This document shows positions 41,335-49,642 of a stretch of DNA of 64,000 nucleotides, piece by piece. The stretch covers positions 160,001 to 224,000 of the forward strand of contig CAXXET010000004.1 of NCBI GenBank assembly GCA_963666115.2. Direction: 5' to 3'. The stretch's first letter is position 1, and every line of letters starts with the position of its first letter. The notes beneath the pieces are model-generated. The model was not told the origin of the DNA, made no database searches, and worked only from the letters and a program-made list of their open reading frames with translations. The position numbers and the translations under genes were made by a program. This DNA is from Dehalococcoidia bacterium. GTDB taxonomy: Bacteria > Chloroflexota > Dehalococcoidia > UBA6926.

Positions 41335-42537
41335 GTGAAGGTTCACAAGACAATCCAGCGGCGAGTCTACCTGCGGCGCAACGGCCATGAGCGCCTCAAC
41401 GACGTGATGCGCAACTGTGCCGTGCTTTACAATGCCGCCCTGGACCACTGGAGGGGCGCATACAAGGCCACCCGCCACCAGGCAAAGCCCGATTCCGTCA
41501 ACTACTCCGCGCTGTCAGGGCAGCTGACCGGCGTTCGCGCGGACGACCCTCACGGATGGGGCGCATTGCACGTACAAGTCGGACGCGGAGTCATCAGGCG
41601 GATGGACAGGGCCTGCCAATCGTTCTTCCGGCGGGTCAAGGAGGGCACGAATCCGGGCTACCCGCGCTTCAAGGCCGGCGCCCGTTGGCGCACCATTGAG
41701 ATTGAGGATACGTCGCCCAATATGGTTAGACTCCTTGAAGAGCGCGGCAAGGCGTACGTCCGCGTCAAGGGCCTGCCGACGATGGAGATGCCTCCCCCAT
41801 CGGAAGAGGCCGTCGGCATCGACATGGGCGTGAACAAGCGCATGGCGCTCTCCGACGGCGGTTTCGCGCCGTTCCTGCTGCCCACACGCAGGCCGGACCT
41901 GAAGAAGAACAAGCGCCTGAAGCGCAAGATGGCGCGGCAGCGAGAGATTGCCCGGCACGGAAGGCAAAAGCGGCTGATGCCATCCAAGTCCTATAAGCAA
42001 ACCAGGCGGCAGTTGGCCGTATTGGAATACCGCGAGAAGATTCACAACCGGAACGAGGTTCACCGCGTGACGACCCACATCGTTGCCAGGTACGGCGTCA
42101 TCGCGGTGGAAGACCTCATCATCACGAACATGACGGCATCGGCGTCCGGCACGGTGGACGCGCCGGGGAAAGGAGTGTCGCGCAAACGTGGATTGAACCG
42201 CTCGATTCTCGAGCAGAGTTGGGGGCTGATGCGTCAGCAATTGTCCTACAAGGCAGAATGGGCCGGTAGAGACCTTGTTGAGGTTGCCCCCCACTACACC
42301 AGTCAGACTTGTTTGCGTTGCGGCGTCGTGGATGCCCGCTCCAGGAAAGGCGAGCAGTACGCTTGCCGGCACTGTGGATGGGAGTTCGACGCGGACGTGA
42401 ACGCGGCTGAAAATATCCGGCGAGAGGGCTTAAAAACCCTCGGACGGGAGTGTACTCCCCGTCGTGGCGGCCGGAGGAAGAACAAGGGGATACAAAATCG
42501 AAAGGCTCAACCGCCTCTCGATCCCTTCGCCACGTGA
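41335..42537 (+). CDS. tnpB: TnpB (IS200/IS605) RNA-guided endonuclease, no tnpA nearby
   Basis: LYNAAL, GYPRFK, RuvC-I GIDMG, RuvC-II AVEDL, GLNRSI..SWG, YTSQTC..C, C..CG..DADVNAA RuvC-III. Confidence 0.92.
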   Translation: MKVHKTIQRRVYLRRNGHERLNDVMRNCAVLYNAALDHWRGAYKATRHQAKPDSVNYSALSGQLTGVRADDPHGWGALHVQVGRGVIRRMDRACQSFFRRVKEGTNPGYPRFKAGARWRTIEIEDTSPNMVRLLEERGKAYVRVKGLPTMEMPPPSEEAVGIDMGVNKRMALSDGGFAPFLLPTRRPDLKKNKRLKRKMARQREIARHGRQKRLMPSKSYKQTRRQLAVLEYREKIHNRNEVHRVTTHIVARYGVIAVEDLIITNMTASASGTVDAPGKGVSRKRGLNRSILEQSWGLMRQQLSYKAEWAGRDLVEVAPHYTSQTCLRCGVVDARSRKGEQYACRHCGWEFDADVNAAENIRREGLKTLGRECTPRRGGRRKNKGIQNRKAQPPLDPFAT

Positions 42538-42587
42538 TAGCCGGGCATATCCCTGTACAAGGCAGGCAAATGCCCAGGCAGTACACC
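42440..42587 (+). ncRNA. Putative omega-RNA/tracr-like scaffold overlapping tnpB 3' end
   Basis: Hairpins CGGGAG..CTCCCCG and ATCGAAAGGC/GCCTCTCGAT (42497-42522); GCCGGGCAT (42540-42548) complementary to the repeat; position is typical for TnpB; boundaries uncertain. Confidence 0.5.
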
Positions 42588-42719
42588 TGACGAACAAGCG
42601 GGCGTTCAACGAGATGCCTGTACAAGGCAGGCAAATGCCCAGGCAGTACACCCATAACAGGCTAGGGTGGGTGCCCTACCTCTCCCGTACAAGGCACGCA
42701 AACGCCCAGGCAGGCGGTG
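42552..42719 (+). CRISPR. CRISPR-like mini-array: 3 repeats (36 bp) and 2 spacers
   Basis: CCTGTACAAGGCAGGCAAATGCCCAGGCAGTACACC identical at 42552-42587 and 42617-42652; degenerate third copy from 42684; unique spacers of 29 and 31 nt. Confidence 0.72.
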
Positions 42720-42812
42720 GCCACGACAATGCAGGGGCTCAAGACCCTAGCCGAGCGCAAGATTGAGGAGTAGTAATATCAAATTCCTGTGCGCCGCCCA
42801 GCCGAATAGCAC

Positions 42813-42838
42813 CATCATTCCCGCGCACGCGGGAATCT
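42813..42838 (+). repeat. REP-like palindrome subtype A2 (ATTCCC-N8-GGGAAT)
   Basis: Other copies 45200-45225 (+), 51924-51949 (-), 57424-57449 (-). Confidence 0.8.
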
Positions 42839-42996
42839 GGCACTCATCCATGCTGATCATCACGAACGCAGATTGGCGACAGGAAGCTCAAGCCGCACAC
42901 AAGGGTGTCCGCCGTCAAGGAATACTGGGAATTGACGACTCAGTACGAGTGTGCTATTCTCACCTCAAAAGGGAAACGACGATCTAGGGGAAGACA

Positions 42997-43512
42997 ATGG
43001 CAAAGGGACTTCTGTTTGGGCTGGCGACATTCGTGGTAATCACCGTCGTCGCATGTGGTGGCCAGGCGACTCCCACACCCATCCCCACACCCGTCCCCAC
43101 AGCATTTGTCACGACAGTGGTTGTGACCGCCACTCCAACACCGACGCACGCATCCGAACCCATAATCGCGCAAGGGCAAGGCACTGAGTTTGTCTCCACT
43201 TCCATCGTACCGCGCGGGCATTACATCGCCACAGTTGAGGTTAGGACCAATCGAGAGGCCAAGTTCAGCTTGTCTGTGGATGACTTTGGCGATCTGAAAC
43301 ACGAAATAGAAATTGCCAATTCGAGCGCCGGAGGGCTGACTCAATATGATGAAGGCAATTCAGTGTGGGAGGCAACTGCACGTTTCGACACCTGTGAGTT
43401 GCCAGACGAGAAATTAGTGTTGAGGTCAACCGGCTTGGCGTCGGACGTCGAGTGGTCGGTCACACTAATTTGGCAAAAGGCGTGCGTCACGGAGCAGTCA
43501 AATGCTCAATAG
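42997..43512 (+). CDS. Hypothetical lipoprotein
   Basis: Signal peptide with VVAC lipobox, TP-rich linker, beta-rich domain with two Cys; lower GC. Confidence 0.7.
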   Translation: MAKGLLFGLATFVVITVVACGGQATPTPIPTPVPTAFVTTVVVTATPTPTHASEPIIAQGQGTEFVSTSIVPRGHYIATVEVRTNREAKFSLSVDDFGDLKHEIEIANSSAGGLTQYDEGNSVWEATARFDTCELPDEKLVLRSTGLASDVEWSVTLIWQKACVTEQSNAQ

Positions 43513-43570
43513 TGTCTTCGTGAAGTTCCCCGGTGGCCGAAACGGGGTGCTGGATCCCCCCGCCCCCCAT

Positions 43571-43660
43571 CTACGGCAGCGGCTCAATCTTGCCCAGCGG
43601 CTCCTGCCGCGTCCTGCGTTCCCAAGCCTCGTACAGTTCTTGTTGATACAGTTCAGGCAT
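43571..43660 (-). pseudogene. DUF4160-like toxin remnant (29 aa)
   Basis: MPE fused to LYQQELYEAWERRTRQEPLGKIEPLP*; ATG overlaps DUF2442 stop. Confidence 0.65.
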
Positions 43661-43937
43661 TGGCGGGCGCGCCCTGCTCAACGAGCGCCAGTTCATCCAA
43701 GGTCTTCCCCGTGATCTCCATATAAAGCGCGTCCGCGCAAATATCGATGTCGTCGCCCCGCGCAATCGCCCGGTACTCAGTCAAGCGAACTGATTCAAAG
43801 AAAGAGCAGTCATTCCATGCGGCAAACACGCCCCTCCCCGCCATGTCGGACAGGTCAATCTCGCCGGACGCCCCATCATTGAAGCGCACCCAGATGCGGT
43901 AGCCCTCACGGGCCTCGACTGCTATCGGCTTGAGCAT
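43653..43937 (-). CDS. DUF2442-family antitoxin-like protein
   Basis: VEAREGYRIWVRFNDG..GEIDL, GVF..W, F..V, DIDICADALY. Confidence 0.85.
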   Translation of the reverse strand: MLKPIAVEAREGYRIWVRFNDGASGEIDLSDMAGRGVFAAWNDCSFFESVRLTEYRAIARGDDIDICADALYMEITGKTLDELALVEQGAPANA

Positions 43938-43981
43938 ACTTGTCCTCCACGCGCAGTATACCAACGTTGGGGGACGCGGGG

Positions 43982-44404
43982 TTAGCTGTCTATCACATCG
44001 ATGTAGCCCTCATACCGCCGAAAGTCCGCCCCATTGAAGGTCAACAGCCGCCGCTCCCCATGCGCCAACATAGTCGCCACGATGTTGGCATCGTGAATCT
44101 GGCGCCCGCCGACCGGCACATCACGACACAAGTTGAACAGGAACTCCGAGACCACCGGGCCATCCTCTAGAACATCGAGACTTCCCAGTAGCTGCCGCAT
44201 GTCATCAAGTGCCTCTGTGAGAGTCATTGCAACCGGCCATACCTGTGGTCGTGTGACGACAGCCAGATATTCCCTCATAATCTGCCGACTGATCCGCAAC
44301 GGCTCCTGCCCGTGCATGACTTGCTCCAACAACGCGCTGGCTCGCCCATGGTCCGGAGCGCCCACGATACGTGCGTTTACCCAAATGTTCGTGTCAATGA
44401 ACAT
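43982..44404 (-). CDS. vapC: PIN-domain toxin
   Basis: FIDTNI, QIMREY, IHDANIVATM, TFNGADF. Confidence 0.9.
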   Translation of the reverse strand: MFIDTNIWVNARIVGAPDHGRASALLEQVMHGQEPLRISRQIMREYLAVVTRPQVWPVAMTLTEALDDMRQLLGSLDVLEDGPVVSEFLFNLCRDVPVGGRQIHDANIVATMLAHGERRLLTFNGADFRRYEGYIDVIDS

Positions 44405-44418
44405 CTGGAACCAGGTCT

Positions 44419-44679
44419 TTAGTCATACATGTCCTCTCGCCGAAGGCTCAGCCCCTCGGGCCACACGGCCGTGGGATGAACAGGCCAAATCTCGTCCAAA
44501 CTCAACGGACGCCTACCCTTCTGCCTGCCATCGACGCTCTCGCCATCGGCGGCCTGCCCAGCCACCTCCGCCGACCGCACAACGACTTCCACAGTCTCCC
44601 CCACCGGCAGCCCCGCGTCCGCCACCTCGATCCTGCCCCCCGGCAAAACTTCCGCCGTCAAACGCAATTCCAGCGCCAT
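44419..44679 (-). CDS. Putative antitoxin of the adjacent VapC
   Basis: AEVLPGGRIEV..LPVGETVEVVV (AbrB-like beta pattern), SLRREDMY C-terminus. Confidence 0.7.
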   Translation of the reverse strand: MALELRLTAEVLPGGRIEVADAGLPVGETVEVVVRSAEVAGQAADGESVDGRQKGRRPLSLDEIWPVHPTAVWPEGLSLRREDMYD

Positions 44680-44684
44680 ATCGA

Positions 44685-44719
44685 ACAACCCTCCGCCACC
44701 CATTCTAACGGGTATGGCC
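44685..44719 (-). promoter_or_regulatory. Repeated TA promoter/operator (TAGAAT -10 inside ACCC..GGGT palindrome)
   Basis: Copies at 44685-44719, 45629-45663, 46485-46519, each upstream of an antitoxin gene. Confidence 0.65.
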
Positions 44720-44771
44720 GCTTCGGGCAGGATCGACGGTGTACAGCGCGGGGGCGTAGTAGAATTGATGC

Positions 44772-45128
44772 ATGGGTATGTTCAGGATTCCTCTGCGTAT
44801 CTCCAATCCCGCCGGCGGCGAGGAGCGGGAGACCATGGTGATGCCCGACACGGGCTCGTTCTATACCCACTTGCCGGAATCACTCCTTCGTGAAATCGGC
44901 CTTGCCCCAACCGAAATCGAGCAGTTTGAGTTGGCCGATGGCAGCGTAGTCGAGAGGGGCATCGCCGAAGCGCGCGCCGCCATCAACGGCCGCAGCGTGA
45001 CGACCATCATCGCGTTCGGCTCAGACGACGTTGAGCCGCTCTTAGGCGCATACGCCCTCGAAGGACTAAGGCTAACCGTAGACCCGGTCAACGAGACGTT
45101 ACGCCCCGCCCCCCACCCAACACGCTAG
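44772..45128 (+). CDS. Clan AA (retropepsin-like) aspartic protease
   Basis: PDTGSFYT, FELADG, LLGAYALEGL.L.VDP. Confidence 0.85.
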   Translation: MGMFRIPLRISNPAGGEERETMVMPDTGSFYTHLPESLLREIGLAPTEIEQFELADGSVVERGIAEARAAINGRSVTTIIAFGSDDVEPLLGAYALEGLRLTVDPVNETLRPAPHPTR

Positions 45129-45353
45129 CGCCCTCCCCCCCGCTCACCCTGAGCCCCCCTCCTGTCACCCTGAGCCCAGTCGAAGGGTGCCCCCACCTCC
45201 GTCATTCCCGCGAAAGCGGGAATCTGAAACGTATTGCGTCAATCAAAGCGCAGCCGAAGAATCCAACCGCGAAATGATGCCTTAAACTCCCATGCCTACC
45301 GAATGTTCGCGTCGTGGCATTTATACAGACATTCGCGTCATGAACATCTGAGA

Positions 45354-45623
45354 CTAGATCCTGTCCTCGTACATGTCTTCGCGCCGCATGCTCAGGTCTT
45401 TGGGCCACGACCCCGCACTATGAACAGGCCAAAACTCATCCAAATCCAGCTTCCGCCTGCCCTTCTCCCCGTCCTGTTGCTCTCTATCCTGCACGGCCTG
45501 CCCAACCACCTCCGCCGACCGCACAACGACTTCGACAGTCTCCCCCACCGGAAGCCCCGCGTCCGCCACCTCGATCCTGCCCCCCGGCAAAACCTCCGCC
45601 GTCAAACGCAATTCCAGCGCCAT
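45354..45623 (-). CDS. Antitoxin paralogue of 44419-44679
   Basis: 170-bp near-identical duplication (45494-45663 vs 44550-44719); followed only by a PIN stub. Confidence 0.7.
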   Translation of the reverse strand: MALELRLTAEVLPGGRIEVADAGLPVGETVEVVVRSAEVVGQAVQDREQQDGEKGRRKLDLDEFWPVHSAGSWPKDLSMRREDMYEDRI

Positions 45624-45665
45624 ATCGAACAACCCTCCGCCACCCATTCTAACGGGTATGGCCAT

Positions 45666-46109
45666 TTAGCGTGGCACCGCCCACTCGCCAATCAAGTGGA
45701 CGTTGCCTGCGCTTTCTGCTGCGCGGTGGAACCTCCGGTCCGCAGTCCACAGTTCGCAGCCGAACTCTTCGGCCAGCGCCAGGTAATGGGCATCGTAGGA
45801 TGCGCCCTGCTGGAGTTCGCTTGCCAACTCCAGGGCTCTTAAGTGAAGCTGCGCCGACTGATACAGTTCAAGCGGTGGCCCAAGCAGCTGCGCCATCATG
45901 TGGTCGGTTTCGCTGAGCCTCAGTTGGCCGCGCACGACCCTCCTATGAAGTGTGTTGGTCACCTCAAACGGCATAAGATACGGGGCTGCAAGCCGTATAT
46001 CCTGATCTTCCCAAGACCGGAGGAGCGCGTGGGCCTTGTCGGAGTCTTCTTCCTCAATCAGCCACTTAACCGCCAAGCTCGCATCGACGACGACGACCCC
46101 GTTCATCAC
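45666..46109 (-). CDS. vapC: PIN-domain toxin
   Basis: VVDASLAVKW, EVTNTL, YDAHYLALA, WTAD. Confidence 0.9.
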   Translation of the reverse strand: MMNGVVVVDASLAVKWLIEEEDSDKAHALLRSWEDQDIRLAAPYLMPFEVTNTLHRRVVRGQLRLSETDHMMAQLLGPPLELYQSAQLHLRALELASELQQGASYDAHYLALAEEFGCELWTADRRFHRAAESAGNVHLIGEWAVPR

Positions 46110-46396
46110 CAGTCCGCGCTCTCGGCCTCTCGGATCGCGCGGGCCTCGTGGAGCAAATCGACGGAGTTTCCAGGGAGGGGCTTGCCGCCAAAGTACTTCT
46201 GCCGCAGTTCCGCGAACCGCACATGGGCGGGACGGTCGTCAATTTCGCCTTTCGCCTCGTCTTGCGCCAGGGCGTTGTCTATCGCGGCCTCGCAGTACTG
46301 GCGCATGCTGACGCCCTTACGCGTCGTAACGGCTTTCAGCCGCTGCTGGAACTCGGCGTCCACGTCCAGGGAGAGTCTCTTTTTCTTGGTGGTCAT
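46106..46396 (-). CDS. RHH-type antitoxin
   Basis: KRLSLDV..RLK....KGVSMRQY; stop overlaps vapC start (GTGA). Confidence 0.75.
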   Translation of the reverse strand: MTTKKKRLSLDVDAEFQQRLKAVTTRKGVSMRQYCEAAIDNALAQDEAKGEIDDRPAHVRFAELRQKYFGGKPLPGNSVDLLHEARAIREAESADW

Positions 46397-46554
46397 CGTC
46401 TTTAGCGCTCCTATGTGGACAGTGTAGCAGGGTTTTACGGCTTCGCCCTTCGACGGGTGCCTGCCCTCCTGCCCGCCATCATGCACAACCATCCACCACC
46501 CATTCTAACGGGTATGGCCACTTCAAGGGGGGCTGACGGCGACACCCAAAACCT

Positions 46555-46579
46555 GTAGGGGCGGTTCGCGAACCGCCCC
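46555..46579 (+). repeat. GTAG-type REP (GTAGGGGCGGTTCGCGAACCGCCCC)
   Basis: Second, fully palindromic copy at 57459-57486. Confidence 0.8.
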
Positions 46580-46702
46580 CCCGCTCGTCCTGAGCCTGTC
46601 GAAGGATGCGGGGCGTGCGCGCGAAAGCGAGAACGTTTATCGTGAATCACACACAACCGTCAACACGCCTGCCAGCATCGAGAATGGAGCGCGCCCCCTG
46701 CC

Positions 46703-47632
46703 ATGCCCCCAACCGCCCTGCCCGCCCCCCCGTCCCCCACGGCCCTCTTGCAGAAACTGCGCGACGGCGAGTTCGTCACGACGGTGGAGGTCCACCCGCC
46801 GCGCGGATTCGCCTTTGAGCGGACGCTGGAGAGCCTCAACAACCTTTTAAAGCGCGTTCGCGTCGATGCGTTCAACGCCACCGATGTTCCCCTCGCGCAG
46901 GCCCGCATGAGCGCAATCGCCCTCAGCGTCCTCCTCCAGCGCCAAACCGGCGTCGAGGCAATCCTCCACACCGGCACCCGCAACCGCAACGTCCTCGCCC
47001 TCCACTCCGATCTCATCGGCGCCCACGCCCTCAACGTCCGCAACGTCTTCGTCTTCCACGGCGACAACCCCGCAATGGGCGACTACCCCCACGCCAGCAG
47101 CCTGTCCGACATCACGTCATCCCGCCTGATCAACATCCTGAGCCGCCTCAACGCGGGCGAGGAGGTCGCGGGACACACGCTGCCGGAGCCTGCCTCATTC
47201 GCCATCGCCTGCGCCCTCACCCCGAACACGCCCCGCGTGGACGATGAGCTTGCCAGCCTGAACCGCAAGATCGACGCGGGCGCGCACTACATCATCACCC
47301 AGACCGTCTTCGATGCCGGGCCCGTCCGCCGCTTCCATGACCTGCTCGGCGGCTTCCCGCTGCCCGTCGTCCTCAGCGTCCTGCCCCTGCAGAGCGCGCG
47401 CCACGCGGAGTTCCTCCACAACAATGTCCCCGGCATGATAATTCCCGAATCCGTCCGCCGGCGTCTGCACGGCGCGGGAGAGAACGGACGCGCGGAGGGC
47501 GCAGCCATCGCGCGGGAGCTGATCGAGGAAACGCGCGGCATGATCGCCGGCGTCTACATGGTGCCCTCGTTCGGACGCTACGACGTCGTCGCGGACGTCC
47601 TGGACGGCGATGCGCCGGTTACAGGTGCATGA
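46703..47632 (+). CDS. Methylenetetrahydrofolate reductase-family protein
   Basis: VEVHPPRG, NATD.P....MS, H...RNRN, GDNP, KIDAGA.YIITQ.VFD. Confidence 0.85.
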   Translation: MPPTALPAPPSPTALLQKLRDGEFVTTVEVHPPRGFAFERTLESLNNLLKRVRVDAFNATDVPLAQARMSAIALSVLLQRQTGVEAILHTGTRNRNVLALHSDLIGAHALNVRNVFVFHGDNPAMGDYPHASSLSDITSSRLINILSRLNAGEEVAGHTLPEPASFAIACALTPNTPRVDDELASLNRKIDAGAHYIITQTVFDAGPVRRFHDLLGGFPLPVVLSVLPLQSARHAEFLHNNVPGMIIPESVRRRLHGAGENGRAEGAAIARELIEETRGMIAGVYMVPSFGRYDVVADVLDGDAPVTGA

Positions 47633-48134
47633 GCGCGTGGATCGGATAATCGCCCAGTTTGTCGCGCCCGTTGAGGTCCGTCAGTTCGATCAGGACCGTC
47701 GCCCCAACCGTCACCCCGCCCGCCTTGTGAACCAGGTCTTCCGCCGCCTTGAGCGTCCCGCCCGTCGCGAGCAGATCGTCAACCAGGACGACGCGCTGCC
47801 CCGGCTGGATGCCGTCCTCATGAATCTCGACCGCCGTTGATCCGTACTCCAGCGCGTACTCCACGCTGATTGTCTTATGGGGCAGCTTGCCGACCTTGCG
47901 AACGGGCGTGAACGGCACGTCCAGCGCCCGCGCCATCGGCGCGCCGAACAGGTAGCCCCGCGCCTCAACGGCAACGATCACGTCCAGCGGCATCGTTCCC
48001 GCAGCCTGTGTCATGCTGTCGATGGCCCAGGCGAACGCATCCGGGTCATGGAGGAGCGGCGTGATGTCGCGGAACAGGATTCCCTCCTCGGGAAAATCCG
48101 GTACCTCGCGAATCAGGCGCTCATAGCTCGTCAT
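47619..48134 (-). CDS. apt: Adenine phosphoribosyltransferase
   Basis: PDFP..GILFRDIT, EARG, RK.GKLP, YALEYG, VDDLLATGGT. Confidence 0.97.
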   Translation of the reverse strand: MTSYERLIREVPDFPEEGILFRDITPLLHDPDAFAWAIDSMTQAAGTMPLDVIVAVEARGYLFGAPMARALDVPFTPVRKVGKLPHKTISVEYALEYGSTAVEIHEDGIQPGQRVVLVDDLLATGGTLKAAEDLVHKAGGVTVGATVLIELTDLNGRDKLGDYPIHALMHL

Positions 48135-48263
48135 GCGTCCCCCCCTGTATCATCTATCCTGTCACGACTTGGATTCCGCTAACAAGGCTTAAAATCGCTT
48201 AAACTCCGATAACAACGTCTACAATGTGATTTTTGTAACAGCCAAGTGAGTGGGGGTGCGGCC

Positions 48264-49637
48264 ATGACACAGATAGCGCAAGACGACACGAAGTGGGCTG
48301 CGGCGGTGCTGGCAGCCGGCCGGGGGACGCGAATGCGCACAACCCTCCCAAAGCCCCTCCACCCCATAGCCGGCCTCCCCATCATCCGGCGAATCCTGGC
48401 CGCTGTTGCTGACGCGGGCATTGACGACACGACGATTGTTCGCGATGCCTCCCCCGCCCTGCCCTCCGCTCTCGGCCTTATCCACCGCTACGTCACCCAG
48501 CCCGTGACCAACGGCACAGGAGGCGCATTAAAGGCGGTGCTAGCCGACGCCAACCACGATTTCCGCTCTCTGCTCGTCCTTAACGCCGATTTGCCTCTGA
48601 TTACTTCTGAATCCCTAACGATTCTCAAAAATGCTCATGAATCAGTCGACGCCGCCGCCGTCACATTCCTGACGACACAGACACCCCCAACCAACCAAAC
48701 AGGCCGCGTCCTTCGAGGTCCGGACGGCGCGCCGCAGGACATCGTAGAACCCGCCGACCCCCGCCACGCGGACGCCCCGCCGGAGGCCAACGCGGGCGTC
48801 TACGCCCTGGACGCCGCATGGGCGCGAACAGCCGCCAACCGCCTCCCCCTCCATGAAAACGGCGAGTATTACATCACGGACCTCATCAAGCTCGCCGTAG
48901 CAGACGGACACGCCGTGCAGACACTCGCCATCGACACCGAAGAGGCCATCGGCGTGAACACCCTAATTGACCTCGCCCAGGCGGAACAGCTCGCGCGCCG
49001 CCGAACGCTGGAAAGGCTCATGCTCTCAGGCGTCATCATCCGCGATCCGGCATCAACCTACATCGATGACACCGTAACCATCGCCCCGGACACCGTCATC
49101 CACCCGAATACGCACGTCTACGGCGCATCCGCCATTGCGGGAAGCTGCGAGATCGGGCCAGATTCGCGCGTGGTTGACTCGGTGATCGGAGAGCGGTGCG
49201 TCGTGCGGGGCTCGTGGCTGGACGGCGTGACAATCGAGGCGAGCGTGAGCGTCGGTCCGTTCGCTCGACTGCGCCCCGGAACCCACGTCGGCGCGGACGC
49301 CCATATTGGCAGCTTCGGGGAAATCAAGGAGAGCCGGATCGGCAGCCGCACAGCGATGGGTCATTTCGGCTACGTGGGCGACGCCAACATCGGCGAGGAC
49401 GTGAACATCGGCGCGGGCGCGGTGACGTGCAATTTCGACGGCCAGGACAAGCACAGGACGATAGTCGACAACGGTGCATTCATCGGGAGCGGGAGCATGT
49501 TGGTTGCGCCGGTGCAAATCGGGGCGCAGGCGTACACGGCGGCGGGGGCCGTCGTCACGCGCAACGTGGCAGAGGGAACAACGGTTGCGGGCGTTCCGGC
49601 GAAGGCGGTCAGGCGCCCTTCGACAAGCTCAGGGTGA
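48264..49637 (+). CDS. glmU: Bifunctional UDP-GlcNAc pyrophosphorylase/acetyltransferase
   Basis: LAAGRGTRM...PK, GTG, NAGVY, EYYITD, GPFARLRP, NIGAG..TCNFDG..K hexapeptide repeats. Confidence 0.93.
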   Translation: MTQIAQDDTKWAAAVLAAGRGTRMRTTLPKPLHPIAGLPIIRRILAAVADAGIDDTTIVRDASPALPSALGLIHRYVTQPVTNGTGGALKAVLADANHDFRSLLVLNADLPLITSESLTILKNAHESVDAAAVTFLTTQTPPTNQTGRVLRGPDGAPQDIVEPADPRHADAPPEANAGVYALDAAWARTAANRLPLHENGEYYITDLIKLAVADGHAVQTLAIDTEEAIGVNTLIDLAQAEQLARRRTLERLMLSGVIIRDPASTYIDDTVTIAPDTVIHPNTHVYGASAIAGSCEIGPDSRVVDSVIGERCVVRGSWLDGVTIEASVSVGPFARLRPGTHVGADAHIGSFGEIKESRIGSRTAMGHFGYVGDANIGEDVNIGAGAVTCNFDGQDKHRTIVDNGAFIGSGSMLVAPVQIGAQAYTAAGAVVTRNVAEGTTVAGVPAKAVRRPSTSSG

Positions 49638-49642
49638 ACGGG

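Noticed and set aside
41225-42780. Complete IS200/IS605 element
   Set aside because: No tnpA (Y1 or serine recombinase) and no identifiable left-end hairpin
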